From NCBI GenBank assembly GCA_965217585.1, contig OZ244561.1, positions 96,001-160,000 of the forward strand: 64,000 nucleotides of DNA. The letters are read 5' to 3'. This DNA comes from Candidatus Latescibacterota bacterium. Its GTDB lineage: Bacteria > Latescibacterota > UBA2968 > UBA8231. The stretch's first letter is position 1, and each line of letters begins with the position of its first letter. The notes under the pieces are model-generated. The model had not been told where the DNA came from, did not search any database, and saw nothing but the letters and a program-made list of their open reading frames with translations. Below are positions 36,686 to 47,600 of this stretch, one piece after another. The translations under genes were made by a program, and so were the position numbers.

Positions 36686-38725
36686 ATGAACGCGTACTCC
36701 GCAGCCTTGGTGGCCCTAATCGCTCCCTTGAGCCTCTGTCTAGCCGCAGCAAGCGCCCAAAGCCCGCCCCGCGCCGCAATCGTCACCGGTGAGGTCCACA
36801 ATTCTCCGTCGCGAGAAATCGAGTTCCGCCACGAACCGCTACTCGCTCCCGGACCGTCCCAACACTACATCGTCTTGGACGAGCAAAACCGCTTTGCCCT
36901 GCTCTTGAACATTCCCAAAGGAATTTTAGTCACCGGGCATTACAAAGATGAACACCGCATCCCCTTCTTTGTCGAACCCGGCGATAGCCTGCACGCGGTC
37001 GTAACTTTCGCGGAGGTGACGGAGGCCGACTCTTCCGCGGCGATGGAACCCGACAGTTTGCACCATGCAGCCGATGAGGCCCCGCCCGCCTATTCCCTGA
37101 CTTTTAGCGGACAAGGTGCGGAAAACAATCGCTTCTTAGCCGAGTTATGGCCCCAACATCATTCCTTTGAACCAGACTATGCGCTGGAGCCCGAGGAGTT
37201 TGCCCGCCAAGTCAGACAGCAGCGTCAGGATGAATTTGCCTTGCTAGCCGAGGGACGCGAGCAATACGCGCTTTCTCCGGGGTTTATCGACTATATGACG
37301 ACCTTTTTCAACTACAAGTGGGCCGACAAGACGGTTTCCTATCCGGAGTTTTCGTTTGAAAACGGCCGACTGGTACGCAGAATGAGCCCCGACGGCTCCC
37401 ACAGAAGAGAGGTCCCTCCGGACTACTACGACTTCCTGCAAGAAATCCCCTTAATAAATGAAAAGGCTATCGGCGTGGGAGAGTATCGCCAGTTTCTGGT
37501 GAATACCCTAGCGTTGGAGGCAAAGTCGGATGGGATGCCTAGACTTTCCGATAGCTACAAGCTGTCGGGTTTGGGTCTATCGGAGTCCGTCCGCACCCGA
37601 CTCGATTCCATGTACGACGCGAACAGAAAGCCCAGATTATCACAGATGATCGATCTGTCGGGCTTGGGTCTGTCGGAGCCCGCCCAAGCCCAACTTGACT
37701 CCATGTACGAAGATCCCAAAGAGATCCGTGCGTCCGAAAAGGCCGCTTGGTTGGGATTGGAGTTATCGCCCACCGCCCTAGCTGAACTCGACGCTTATGA
37801 GGATTATAGTATCTTCCTCGGTGATACCACGAAGACCGATACGACGGGCGGGCGTTTGACCTTCCATATGCCTATGGCAAAAATCAGCGAATGGTACAAA
37901 TACCTAAACAATCGCCCGCTATCGACAAAGGTTGACTTGTCGAGTTTGGAGTTATCAGCCGCCGCCCAATCCCAACTCGACTCCATGTTCCAAAATCGCA
38001 AACCACTCAAGCTATCCCAAAGAGTTGACTTAGCGGCCTTGGGTCTATCGCCATCCATCCAATCCCAACTCGACTCCATCTTTGCCGGACCGAGTTTTCC
38101 TGTCCTCGGAGGGGCTACAGAACGATACGACCTCGCCAAGCAAAAACTGCAAGGGCGAGTGCTCTACTGGTTTCTGGCCGGCGAGTTGAGGACTGGAATT
38201 AAGTTCGGCAACGAAGCCTATATAGATGCCCGCTGGCAATCCTTCGAAGAGAGCAATCCCTTCCCCGAATACACCGAGGCCCTCCAAGCGGAAATGAACA
38301 AGACCCTAGTCCTACAACCCGGGCAGCCCGCGCCCGATTTCACCCTCCATGACCCCGACGGCCAACCCGTATCGCTGAGCCAGTTCAAGGGCAAGGTGGT
38401 CTTGCTGGATTTCTGGGCGAGTTGGTGTGGACCGTGCATCGGCGATTTGGAAACTCTCCGCAAGATCAAGAAGAAAACGGCCACTCAGCCGGTCGTCTTC
38501 CTCAACGTCTCATTGGACGCGAATGAAGGAGCTTGGAAGCGGGCCATTGCCAAACACCAGATCCAAGGCGTCCACGTGCGCTCGGACGGCGCGGTAACGC
38601 AAGCCTATAATGTGTTCGGCATCCCTCGGTATTATCTGGTGGATCCACAAGGGCTGATTGTGGAGGATCGTTTGAGGGTATTTGACGTTGATGAGGTTGT
38701 GGCAAAAATCGAGGAAAATTTGTGA
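36686..38725 (+). CDS. Secreted TlpA/redoxin family disulfide reductase with internal repeats
   Basis: Signal peptide; APDFTL and KVVLLDFWASWCGPC; five ~31-aa repeats. Confidence 0.85.
   Translation: MNAYSAALVALIAPLSLCLAAASAQSPPRAAIVTGEVHNSPSREIEFRHEPLLAPGPSQHYIVLDEQNRFALLLNIPKGILVTGHYKDEHRIPFFVEPGDSLHAVVTFAEVTEADSSAAMEPDSLHHAADEAPPAYSLTFSGQGAENNRFLAELWPQHHSFEPDYALEPEEFARQVRQQRQDEFALLAEGREQYALSPGFIDYMTTFFNYKWADKTVSYPEFSFENGRLVRRMSPDGSHRREVPPDYYDFLQEIPLINEKAIGVGEYRQFLVNTLALEAKSDGMPRLSDSYKLSGLGLSESVRTRLDSMYDANRKPRLSQMIDLSGLGLSEPAQAQLDSMYEDPKEIRASEKAAWLGLELSPTALAELDAYEDYSIFLGDTTKTDTTGGRLTFHMPMAKISEWYKYLNNRPLSTKVDLSSLELSAAAQSQLDSMFQNRKPLKLSQRVDLAALGLSPSIQSQLDSIFAGPSFPVLGGATERYDLAKQKLQGRVLYWFLAGELRTGIKFGNEAYIDARWQSFEESNPFPEYTEALQAEMNKTLVLQPGQPAPDFTLHDPDGQPVSLSQFKGKVVLLDFWASWCGPCIGDLETLRKIKKKTATQPVVFLNVSLDANEGAWKRAIAKHQIQGVHVRSDGAVTQAYNVFGIPRYYLVDPQGLIVEDRLRVFDVDEVVAKIEENL
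37538..38086 (+). repeat. Five ~93-bp coding repeats (LS...DL..LGLS...Q.QLDSM)
   Basis: Visible in protein and DNA (recurring CAACT(C/T)GACTCCAT). Confidence 0.85.
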
Positions 38726-38760
38726 AGAAGCCGCCCAACTCCGCACAATAGGAGACTCCC

Positions 38761-40143
38761 ATGGAATCGACGCATTTTGTCGAGCCGATCGCCAGCACCG
38801 TAATCGACCTCGGCCTCAAGGCCGCTCTGCTTATCGCCTTCACTGGTCTGGCGATCCGCCTGTTGACCTACCGCCGCCCGGCTTGGTCCTGCCTGCTGTG
38901 GAGCGCCACCTTGGGTGCGGTGGCCCTGTTACCGCTAGGGGCTTTGCTCGGACCCGTCCTGCCTTGGGGTCAAGTCCCAATCCCCCACTTCGACCAAGCT
39001 TGGTCCCTGCACACCGGACCGACCTCGGCTTCCTTACCCCCAGCAGCCCCGATCACCGCCGGTCCCGCTTGGTGGCAATGGGCTGTGGCCAGCCTGTACC
39101 TACTCGGCTTGGCCTTTGCGCTGACGCGCTTGGGCTGGGGCCTGTGGCACCTGCACTGCCTGCGCCAATCCGTCCACTTGGTAGATGCGGCTCCAGTTGA
39201 GGCTTTGCGGCGGCAATTGGGCCTGCACAATCCGGTCCAGCTAGGCGTATCCCCCCTCCTGCAAACCCCGGTCCTGCTCGGGTGGCGTCGCCCCACCATT
39301 GCCCTGCCCGCCGCCCTTTATGCCCAGTGTACCCCGGGGGCGTTGCAGGACATTATCGTCCACGAGTTGGTCCACTTAAAACGCCGCGACCCCCTGCTCA
39401 ATATGCTGAGTCAAGGGGTCGTGGCTCTGTATTGGTTCCATCCCTTAGTACATTGGGCGGCCCGTTCTTTGGTCGAGATGCGCGAATGCGCCTGCGACGA
39501 TTGGGTGGTGGCCCAAAGTGGCGATCCGCTAACCTATGCCGAGACCCTGCTCCACGCCGCGGCCGACCAGCGTCCCCGCCTAGCCATGACCATGGCGCGT
39601 TCTGGGCGCGTGGCCAAGCGCGTCGAGCGCCTTTTGGACCCGTCCCATCGTCCTCGTCCCCGCGTGCATGGGATTCCGGGCGGCGGCGTGGTAGCGATGA
39701 TATTAACCATAGCTGGATGTATGGGCGGCTTGGGACGCGGTGGGGAAACATCGGGACCTCAAGTCCAGCGATGGATAATCACCCCGCCCGCCAGCGGTAC
39801 CATCGATTCGGTCAAAGTCCAAGCCCATCGCGACAACACCGATATCCCCCTGAAAATCACCCCACTCGCCAGCGGTACCGTCGATTCGGTCAAAGTCAAA
39901 GTCCACCGCGACAACACCGATGCCCCCCTGGAAATCTCCATGCAATTTCCACCGCACATCCACATGCAAGTGACCACCTCGCCTGACGACAATCCCGTCG
40001 ATACTCTGAAAGTCAGAGTCCTCGGCAGCAGAGCCGATACTCTGAAAGTCTTCATGCAGCGTCCCCCGGACATCCGCCATCTCCAAGTGGCCTTTCCCGT
40101 CAATACTCTCATGCTCAAACACCTCGACGACAGCGCCAATTAA
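38761..40143 (+). CDS. BlaR1/MecR1-like M56 metallopeptidase
   Basis: HELVHLKRRD, YWFHPLV and RECACDD. Confidence 0.9.
   Translation: MESTHFVEPIASTVIDLGLKAALLIAFTGLAIRLLTYRRPAWSCLLWSATLGAVALLPLGALLGPVLPWGQVPIPHFDQAWSLHTGPTSASLPPAAPITAGPAWWQWAVASLYLLGLAFALTRLGWGLWHLHCLRQSVHLVDAAPVEALRRQLGLHNPVQLGVSPLLQTPVLLGWRRPTIALPAALYAQCTPGALQDIIVHELVHLKRRDPLLNMLSQGVVALYWFHPLVHWAARSLVEMRECACDDWVVAQSGDPLTYAETLLHAAADQRPRLAMTMARSGRVAKRVERLLDPSHRPRPRVHGIPGGGVVAMILTIAGCMGGLGRGGETSGPQVQRWIITPPASGTIDSVKVQAHRDNTDIPLKITPLASGTVDSVKVKVHRDNTDAPLEISMQFPPHIHMQVTTSPDDNPVDTLKVRVLGSRADTLKVFMQRPPDIRHLQVAFPVNTLMLKHLDDSAN
39778..39933 (+). repeat. 78-bp tandem duplication in the M56 C-terminal region
   Basis: ITPPASGTIDSVKVQAHRDNTDIPLK / ITPLASGTVDSVKVKVHRDNTDAPLE. 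Confidence 0.9.
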
Positions 40144-40186
40144 CAAAAGCCGGATGTGGGGCTACACGCGCAAAGAAAATTGAAAA

Positions 40187-41641
40187 ATGGACCGACCCAA
40201 TATCCTCTTCATCCTCTCCGACCAGCACAGCAAATTCCACCTCGGCTGCTACGGCGACCCGCTAGTGCGCACCCCACACCTCGACCGCTTAGCCAGCGAG
40301 GGCATGCGCTTTGCCAATGCGTACACCCCCTCGCCTTTGTGCGTGCCAGCCCGCATGGCCTTTATGACCGGACGACGGCCCAGCGCCAACCAAGTCTGGG
40401 GCAATGACCACATCCTCAACTCGGCGCTACCGACTTGGGCCCACGCCGTGGGCGCGGCTGGATACGAGACCGCGCTGATCGGCCGCATGCACTTCGTCGG
40501 CCCCGACCAGCGCCACGGCTTTGAGCGCCGGCCCATCGGCGAGTACAGCGCCCGGCATCCGGGCGCGGCCCAACAGGGCGGGCCCATGTTCAAGAACATT
40601 CCCGCCAGCACCTCGGGCCAGACCCGCGAATGCGTTGAAATAGCCGGGTACGGCCGCACCACGTACCAAGCCTTTGACGACCGCGTCGCCGAGGCGGCCT
40701 GCACCTATTTGGAGGAAAAGGCGCAAGCGCACGACCGACCCTTTGCCGCAGTAGCCGGCTTTGTGCTGCCCCACTGCCCTTTCTTCGCCCCCAAGGATCT
40801 CTACGATTATTACTACGACCGCGTCGATGTGCCGCAACCCGACCCAGCCGGGGAACCGGCAGCGGTGACTAATTTCAAAAAGCGCCGCCTCATTGACGAA
40901 CCCCTGCCCAAAGAGCGCATCCGCGTGGCGCGGGCAGCCTATTTGGGTCTGTGCGAATACTTCGATAGCAAAGTCGGCCAGCTCCTCGACAAACTCGACG
41001 AGACCGGCTTGCGCGACAATACCTTGGTGATCTACGCCAGCGACCACGGCGAGATGGCCGGCGAGCACGGCTGCTGGTGGAAGAGCAACTACTACGAAGG
41101 CTCGGTCGGCATCCCCCTCATCGCCCGTCTGCCTGGAGTGATACCAGCGGGCGTGGAAAACCCAGTGCTGTGCAATTTGCTCGATTGGGCACCCACCGCC
41201 GTAGAAGTGACCGGCGGCGAGCCCCTGCCCGCGGCCGACGGCCATTCGCTGTGGCGCGCACTACAGGGCCACGCAGATGACGCCCGCCCCGATATCACCT
41301 TCAGCGAACTAGGCCCCTCGCGCGGCGATCCTCCTTCGCGCATGATCCGGCAGGGACCGTGGAAGCTCTGCAAATACCACGACGCCACTCCGCCAGCTTT
41401 GTTCAATCTGGCGGACGACCCGGGGGAATGGAACGACTTGGGCGGCGCTAGTGCCTACGCTGCCCTGCGGCAAAATTTGCTCGACCAACTCTATGCTGGT
41501 TGGGACCCCGAGCAGGTGACCCAACGCAGCGCTGAACTAACGCGGAATGCACAGGTACTGACGGCGTGGGGAAGGGCGGTGCAGCCCCTGCACGAAGATA
41601 CCCTGCCAGTCGAAGACGTCGAGGATGTGGTGCGCTGTTGA
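40187..41641 (+). CDS. Cys-type sulfatase (choline-sulfatase-like)
   Basis: PNILFILSDQH, LCVPAR (CxPxR), GRMH and SDHGE. Confidence 0.9.
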   Translation: MDRPNILFILSDQHSKFHLGCYGDPLVRTPHLDRLASEGMRFANAYTPSPLCVPARMAFMTGRRPSANQVWGNDHILNSALPTWAHAVGAAGYETALIGRMHFVGPDQRHGFERRPIGEYSARHPGAAQQGGPMFKNIPASTSGQTRECVEIAGYGRTTYQAFDDRVAEAACTYLEEKAQAHDRPFAAVAGFVLPHCPFFAPKDLYDYYYDRVDVPQPDPAGEPAAVTNFKKRRLIDEPLPKERIRVARAAYLGLCEYFDSKVGQLLDKLDETGLRDNTLVIYASDHGEMAGEHGCWWKSNYYEGSVGIPLIARLPGVIPAGVENPVLCNLLDWAPTAVEVTGGEPLPAADGHSLWRALQGHADDARPDITFSELGPSRGDPPSRMIRQGPWKLCKYHDATPPALFNLADDPGEWNDLGGASAYAALRQNLLDQLYAGWDPEQVTQRSAELTRNAQVLTAWGRAVQPLHEDTLPVEDVEDVVRC

Positions 41642-41651
41642 GGGGGTGGCC

Positions 41652-44600
41652 TTACATATACGACAGAAAATGCCCGGTCTCACCCAACACGCCGTCGATG
41701 CACAGCCACAATCCGGCCGCGGTCGCCTCTCCCAAGATCAACCCTAGGAAGAGGGGCTTGGCCCGCTCGTAGAGCGGCATCCCACCCCACTTGACAATAC
41801 CCAGTTTGAGCACCCACGCGATGAACACCGAAAACCACACTTGCCCGGCTAGCCAGCCCACGCTGACGATAAATCCCAACGGGTGCAACGGCCACCAGTA
41901 AAACCGGTGATGTCCCCACAACAGCACGGCCTCGATGAAACCGCCGATGCCGGTAAACAACCAACCGCGCATATCGGCTGGCAGCGGATCGACGATCGGC
42001 CGCGCCATGTCGGTAAATGTGCGCCCGGCCTGATGGGTCATAAAAAACGGATGCAAATTGATCCCGCCGTACTCGTAGCACACCTGAAAAATGATCCACG
42101 TCGCCCCGGCCAAACTCAACACCAACGCCAGCGCCATCCCCCAAAACAGCCGCCTTTTAGAGCCAACCACCGCCTCGGCCAGCTTGAGCGAATTGGCCGC
42201 GGCAATCATCGGAAAGAGCCGCATCTCGGACTGCCAGATGTACGTAAAGGTCAAGGCCGTCAGCCCCTTGGCCCCAATCACCGGTGCGCCAACAGCGGAG
42301 ATGACGAAAAACGCCGCCACCATCGGCGAGCGCGCCGTCGCTAGCCCAGCCGTGGCCACCGCCCGCGTGACGAACACGTAGAAGATCAAGCACACCAGCA
42401 AAAACAGCGGCAAAATCGCCAGCGGCACCCCGGACGCCCACAGCCACACGCCCACGAAGAGCAGGCTGGCTAAAAAGCCAAAGACCGCCATCCGATAGGA
42501 AAGCATTTCCCCTGAATCATCCACCGTCGGGTCGCCGCGCCACGCCTTGCGCCACACCGCCCCTAAGTGCCGCCGCCCCATCCACAAAGTGTAGCCGACA
42601 AAAATCAGACAGGCTCCCATTACCTCATGTGTCAGATCCGCCATCTGCGATTGGGAGTAGAGACTGAGCTTTTCGGTGCTGGCAATGCCCAACGAGGCGA
42701 ATATCCCCTCTTGCGCTTTGTTGAAGACGTAGAAAAACCAAATCGAAAAGGAAATGTTCAGGTTGACCAAATAGAAAAAGCCGATCCACGCGTACACCCA
42801 GTGCAAATTCAGCTTATTGCCGATCCACGATAGTAGCCCAGCCGACTGAATCGGCTGCGGCACCGCCGGGAAGTAGTAGTGCAGCCCCTTGAACGACAGC
42901 AGGACGAATGGCACCGCAAAGCCGATCCACAACAGCCGCTGCTTAAAAAGCGGCGCCAGCTTAAACCCCGGCCGGCCCTCCTCCACCATCTTGAGCGGCA
43001 GTTGCACCATGGGATAGGCCAGTCGCTCGTGCTGCGACCACTGCCGGTGCAGGATGGAACTCATGCAAAGCATCATAAAGCTCAGCAGCAAAAAGAACAC
43101 GTACCAATAGCCCAGAGTCTCGCTCCAGGCCGCCCACGGAATGCTCTCCCCGGGCGGCAGCCCCTCGTGCAAATCGACAATCGCCTGCCGGTCTTGTGGC
43201 ACCAACCACGGCGTTACGTGCGGAAAGAAGACCTCGCCCCAGTTGTTTTCCGGGGTCGCGTAGTAGTACAGCCCGCTGATGATCGGAATCAGGTAGCCGA
43301 CAAACGCCTGTGTTGGCACGGCCGACGCCAACAGCATCATCGCATAAATGAGCACTAAATCGGCCCGCCCCAAGGCGAGGCCGCGGCCCAGTGCCCGCAG
43401 CAGGGTATTGACTCCCACCACCAACAGAAAAAACAGAAAGATCGCCCCGGGTGCCGAGCTGTTGAGCGCCATGTACGACCCCTGTAGCATAATCACCGCG
43501 TAGGGTGCCCCCACGCCGATACAGAGAGCGAGCAGTCCACCCACCGCAAACCCCCGCCAAGTAAAAGACGCCGGCTGTTCCGCTACCGACTGTTCCGCTA
43601 CGCGCTCCTCGACCTGCGCAGCCGCCAGCGTCCGCGCTGACTCCACGTGCTGGACGCGCTCGGCCTCCCGGAGCGCGTACCAAATCAACATCTGCTTCCG
43701 CAGGGCCTCCACCAGCCGCAGATTGAGCCGCTGCCAGTAGTGGTGCTCGCCGCTTAGCCGGCGCAACCGGACTTCCATTGCCCGCGCGCGCTCCCCGGCC
43801 GGCACGAACTCCACGACCACCTCTTGGCTCACCCCCAAGTCAAACGGGGCCAACCACAGCGTAAACGAGAGGCGATAGCCGTCGGCCTGCGTAACTTGCA
43901 TATCTTCGACGTAGAAATCCCCCAGCGTCGCCCGACCAAAGGCTCCAAAGTAGTTGGCCAAAAAGCCGCACACCCCCTCGATTTCTCCCTCGCCGAGCAT
44001 GAAGGGAAACTCAAACAGCCACTCGTCGCCGCTGGGTGGGTCTGGACGCCAGCGCCGCACCACGTCCGGCACCGCCTGCCGCGCCGCCACCCGCGCCGGA
44101 TAGATCGTCGATAGCAACACCACCCCCATCACCGCCAGCGCGGCCCCAATCGCCGCCAGCGACGAGTAGTTCAAGGTAATGCCCTGCAACAGCCCCAGTG
44201 CTAACAGAACCCGCCCCAACCCCTGGCCCAGCAAGTAGCCCAACGTCGTTCCCAGCACCGCATAGACGCAGGCTTCGGCCACAAACAGCAGCGCGATGTG
44301 CAAGGGTGCCAGCCCCACTGAGGAGTAGATGCTGATCTCGCGCAGGCGTTCGTGCACCGCCCCCATCATCGCATTGAGCACAATGAGCGCGGCCACCAGC
44401 GCGGGAATCGCCAGCGCCCCCAGCCCCTTCACAGCCGTCAGCCCCACCGAGCTGAGGGCCGTCACCTCCCCTGTTGGAGAGCCGACAAACAAGGTAGCCG
44501 CCACCCGCGTCAGATAGTCCTCGACCAGCGCCTGCCCGTCGGTCGCCGCCGGAAAGCGCACGGCCACCGAGCGCAAGCTGCCCCCGGCCTCGGCCAGCGT

Positions 44601-47600
44601 TTGATAGGGCACGAGGACCACGTGGTGCGGCTTTAGGTGGATGAAGGGCCGCAGTTCGTGTGGATCCTCGTCGTCGGCAATATCCACATCCTGCGCCGCC
44701 CCTAGCTGGAGCACCTCCGCGCCCGACAGGACAAAATCGGCCGGCATCAGGCTCTCGCCGTCGAGGTCGCGCAGTTCACCCAACCGCTCCGGGTCGGCAA
44801 TCCCGCGCACCTTCAGCACGCGCCCGAACACCGCGACCTGATCTCCAACCCCGATACCCAACGCCTCAGCCATGTCCGACGGCAGGATGCAGGTGGCCTC
44901 GTCATCTGCGGCAAAAAACGATCCAGCCACCAAGCTCGCATCCACCTCGGTGATCTGCGCCTCCTCTGGCGTCAGGCCCAACAAGCCCGTGGCCCGCACC
45001 GCGTTTCCAGCCGCCGTCACCGCAATCCAACTCCCCTTGCCGCCTTCGGCCGCGTACCAGCCGCGCCGCCCCATCCAGCCGCTGCCGCCAAAGTGCGACT
45101 CGGCGTAGTCGAGCGCCTCCGGCGTCAGGCGCTCCCAGCCGCGGTCGCGGATGAGGATCCCAGGATATGCCCCGGCGTGTGGCAGCTGGAAACTCGCGTA
45201 GCGGATTTGCTGTTCAAACGAGGTAAAAGAGAGCAGGGTGAACGTCAAAAGCGTCAGCGTCGCCAGCGTCAAACCGGTGCGCAGAGGCCGCCGCCGCATA
45301 TTGGAAATCCCCAGCATGAAGGCCGCATAACTCGCGCTCAAGCGGCTCAGGTCCTGAGCGTGGACCCGCATCTGCTGGCTCTGGTGCTGGGCCATGACGC
45401 GGTTGAACCGGCCCACCAGCATAAAGAGCACCAAGGCAGCCATTGCCATGATCGCAAACGCCAACAGCACCACCAGCGGCTCGGCCAGCTCAAAGGCTGG
45501 ATGTACCTGCGCCAAAATCAGCCAAATCACCAGCAATAACAGCCCAAAGCCAGCGAGCTGTCGGCGAATATCGGCCGCGGCAAACAAGAGCCGCTCCCCG
45601 AAAAAGGCCGCCGGCAACACCAGCGCCAAAAAGAAGATCACCCCTTCGAGGACGTCGTTGAGCGTCGCCAAAACCTCTGGGTAGGCCCGCGTCTCCAGGC
45701 CCAACGCCTTGCGGCTCCATGCGATGTACTCATCCCACTTTAGTTGCTCGGCTGCGGCTTCCGCCTCGGCTATGGCCGCCGCCGCCTGCGCGTGGAGGCG
45801 CGTCAACCGCTGATTTTCAATGCCGTGCTCCTTGAGCATCCCCAGCCGCGCCGCATCCAAGTTCCACACGTCCCGCGCCGCCTGCAGGGTTGCGGTCCCA
45901 AATCCCTCCTCGGTCAGCAAAAACCCCCGACCCCGCGCCTCGGCCTCGCTCTGGCTGCCCTCGCTGTTGAGCAGCAAAAACTGGCCGTCCAAAATCACTT
46001 TGACGCGATCGTCGGCTGCAGCATCGGCCGGCCCGTAGATCACCCCCACCGAGCCGATGCTGCTTGAACCCAGCGCGTACCCGTACTGGCCCGGCTCGCT
46101 CCCGGCCGCCGACAGCACCTTTACTTTGTTCAACGCACGCAAAAGGCGCGGCTCGACCAAGCCGTACAGGGGCCGACCCACCCCGGGAAAGAGCACGGCG
46201 ATCTGCTCGTTTTGCAGCCAGCGCACATTATTGGCCAAGCGGCCGTCCCACCCCGGCTTACCGTGGTGCTTTTGCGCGCGGTCGCTCAAATCCACGACGT
46301 GGGTAATCGTCCCCCGCTCGGCGTCCAGTGCCGCCACTGCCAGCGGATACGTCCCCTGCACCAGCCCGGGGACCCCCACCGTCCCGGCGGCATCCGCGAG
46401 AAAGTAGCGCGTGTCACGCACTCCTTTGCGCTGTTCTTTTTTTACCTGCACTGCCACCAGCACCCCAGCCACCGGCCGATCTGGCACCTGACTGCGCCGG
46501 GGGAATGTCCGCGCTTTGACCCGCAAATCCCGCAGCCGATCCTCCAACGCCTCGGCGAGCCGCTCTCGCCCGGCCAACAGCGCCGTATCGGCCAACGCAT
46601 GAGCCAGCAGGTCGGCCACCAACGCCGTTTGGTCCCCCACATGGTCCCACGCCACCCCCGCGCCCGTATCCCGCGGCAAATCCAGCGCAAAGCGGGCATC
46701 GCCTACCGTGGCCAAGGTCAGCGACGGGAACCCCGCCTCGAGCGCCAACTCCCCATCCGCAGCCAAGCCCCCAGGCATATAGCTATCCCAATCCATTCCC
46801 CGAATTGGGCTGATGCCATTGGCCAATGCCTCGGCGCGGCCCAGTGCCGCCGCGTACTCGGTAAAGCGACGGCCAAAGGGCACGAAAAACCGCTTGAGCG
46901 CGTAGCTATCCGTGTTGTTCCACAGCACCACCCGCTCGCCGTGGCTGGATAAATCAAGACCGATGAACAGAGCAATATCCAGCGGCTCGGCCAGCCGGGC
47001 CGCGTAGTACTCTTGGCGGCGGGCGTGCCGATCGAGGAAGGCGACCATGCCCTGCCGCCCTTGGAAGTGGGCACTCAGCGCGGCGAGCACCACTGTGTAC
47101 GCCGGCGGGTTCGCTTGCAAGCGAGCGGCCACCTCCAACAGCGCCGCCACACTCACTGCCGCCTCGGCCCCTGGTGCCCGCGCTGGCACCACCGACGGCG
47201 CGTCGTAGTACGCATGGATGAGCACCATCTCGTCCCGCGAGGTCCCCACATCCTTCCCCGGCACCACCGCCCACACGTTGTACGCCATCCGCTCCTGCCA
47301 ATCCATCCGCCCCCACAGCCCCACCTCCACCTCTCCATCCACCAACCGTCGCCGCAGCCGCTGCCCAGCGGCCCCCTCCACCCAAAAGCGCGGCACATCC
47401 AACGGTGCCCGCACGTACTTGCCCTGTGCCTGCTGCGTAGTAGCCGAATCCGCGGCCACAAACACCACCGCCCGCGCCCCCAACGACGCGGCCTTCAGCC
47501 AAGCGTCCCCACTGGCAAAGTCCAGCACCACCACCCGCCCAGCTACCTCCTGCCCATTGAAATCGCCCCAATCCCCATCGCCGCCCCAAATCGCCGACGC

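Noticed and set aside
36620-38764. Degenerate repeat (GAAGCCGC...GACTC..ATGG) flanking the TlpA gene as an insertion scar
   Set aside because: Short and heavily gapped match; not convincing
37538-39933. CRISPR-like periodic repeats
   Set aside because: Repeats are in-frame coding units without unique spacers; no cas genes
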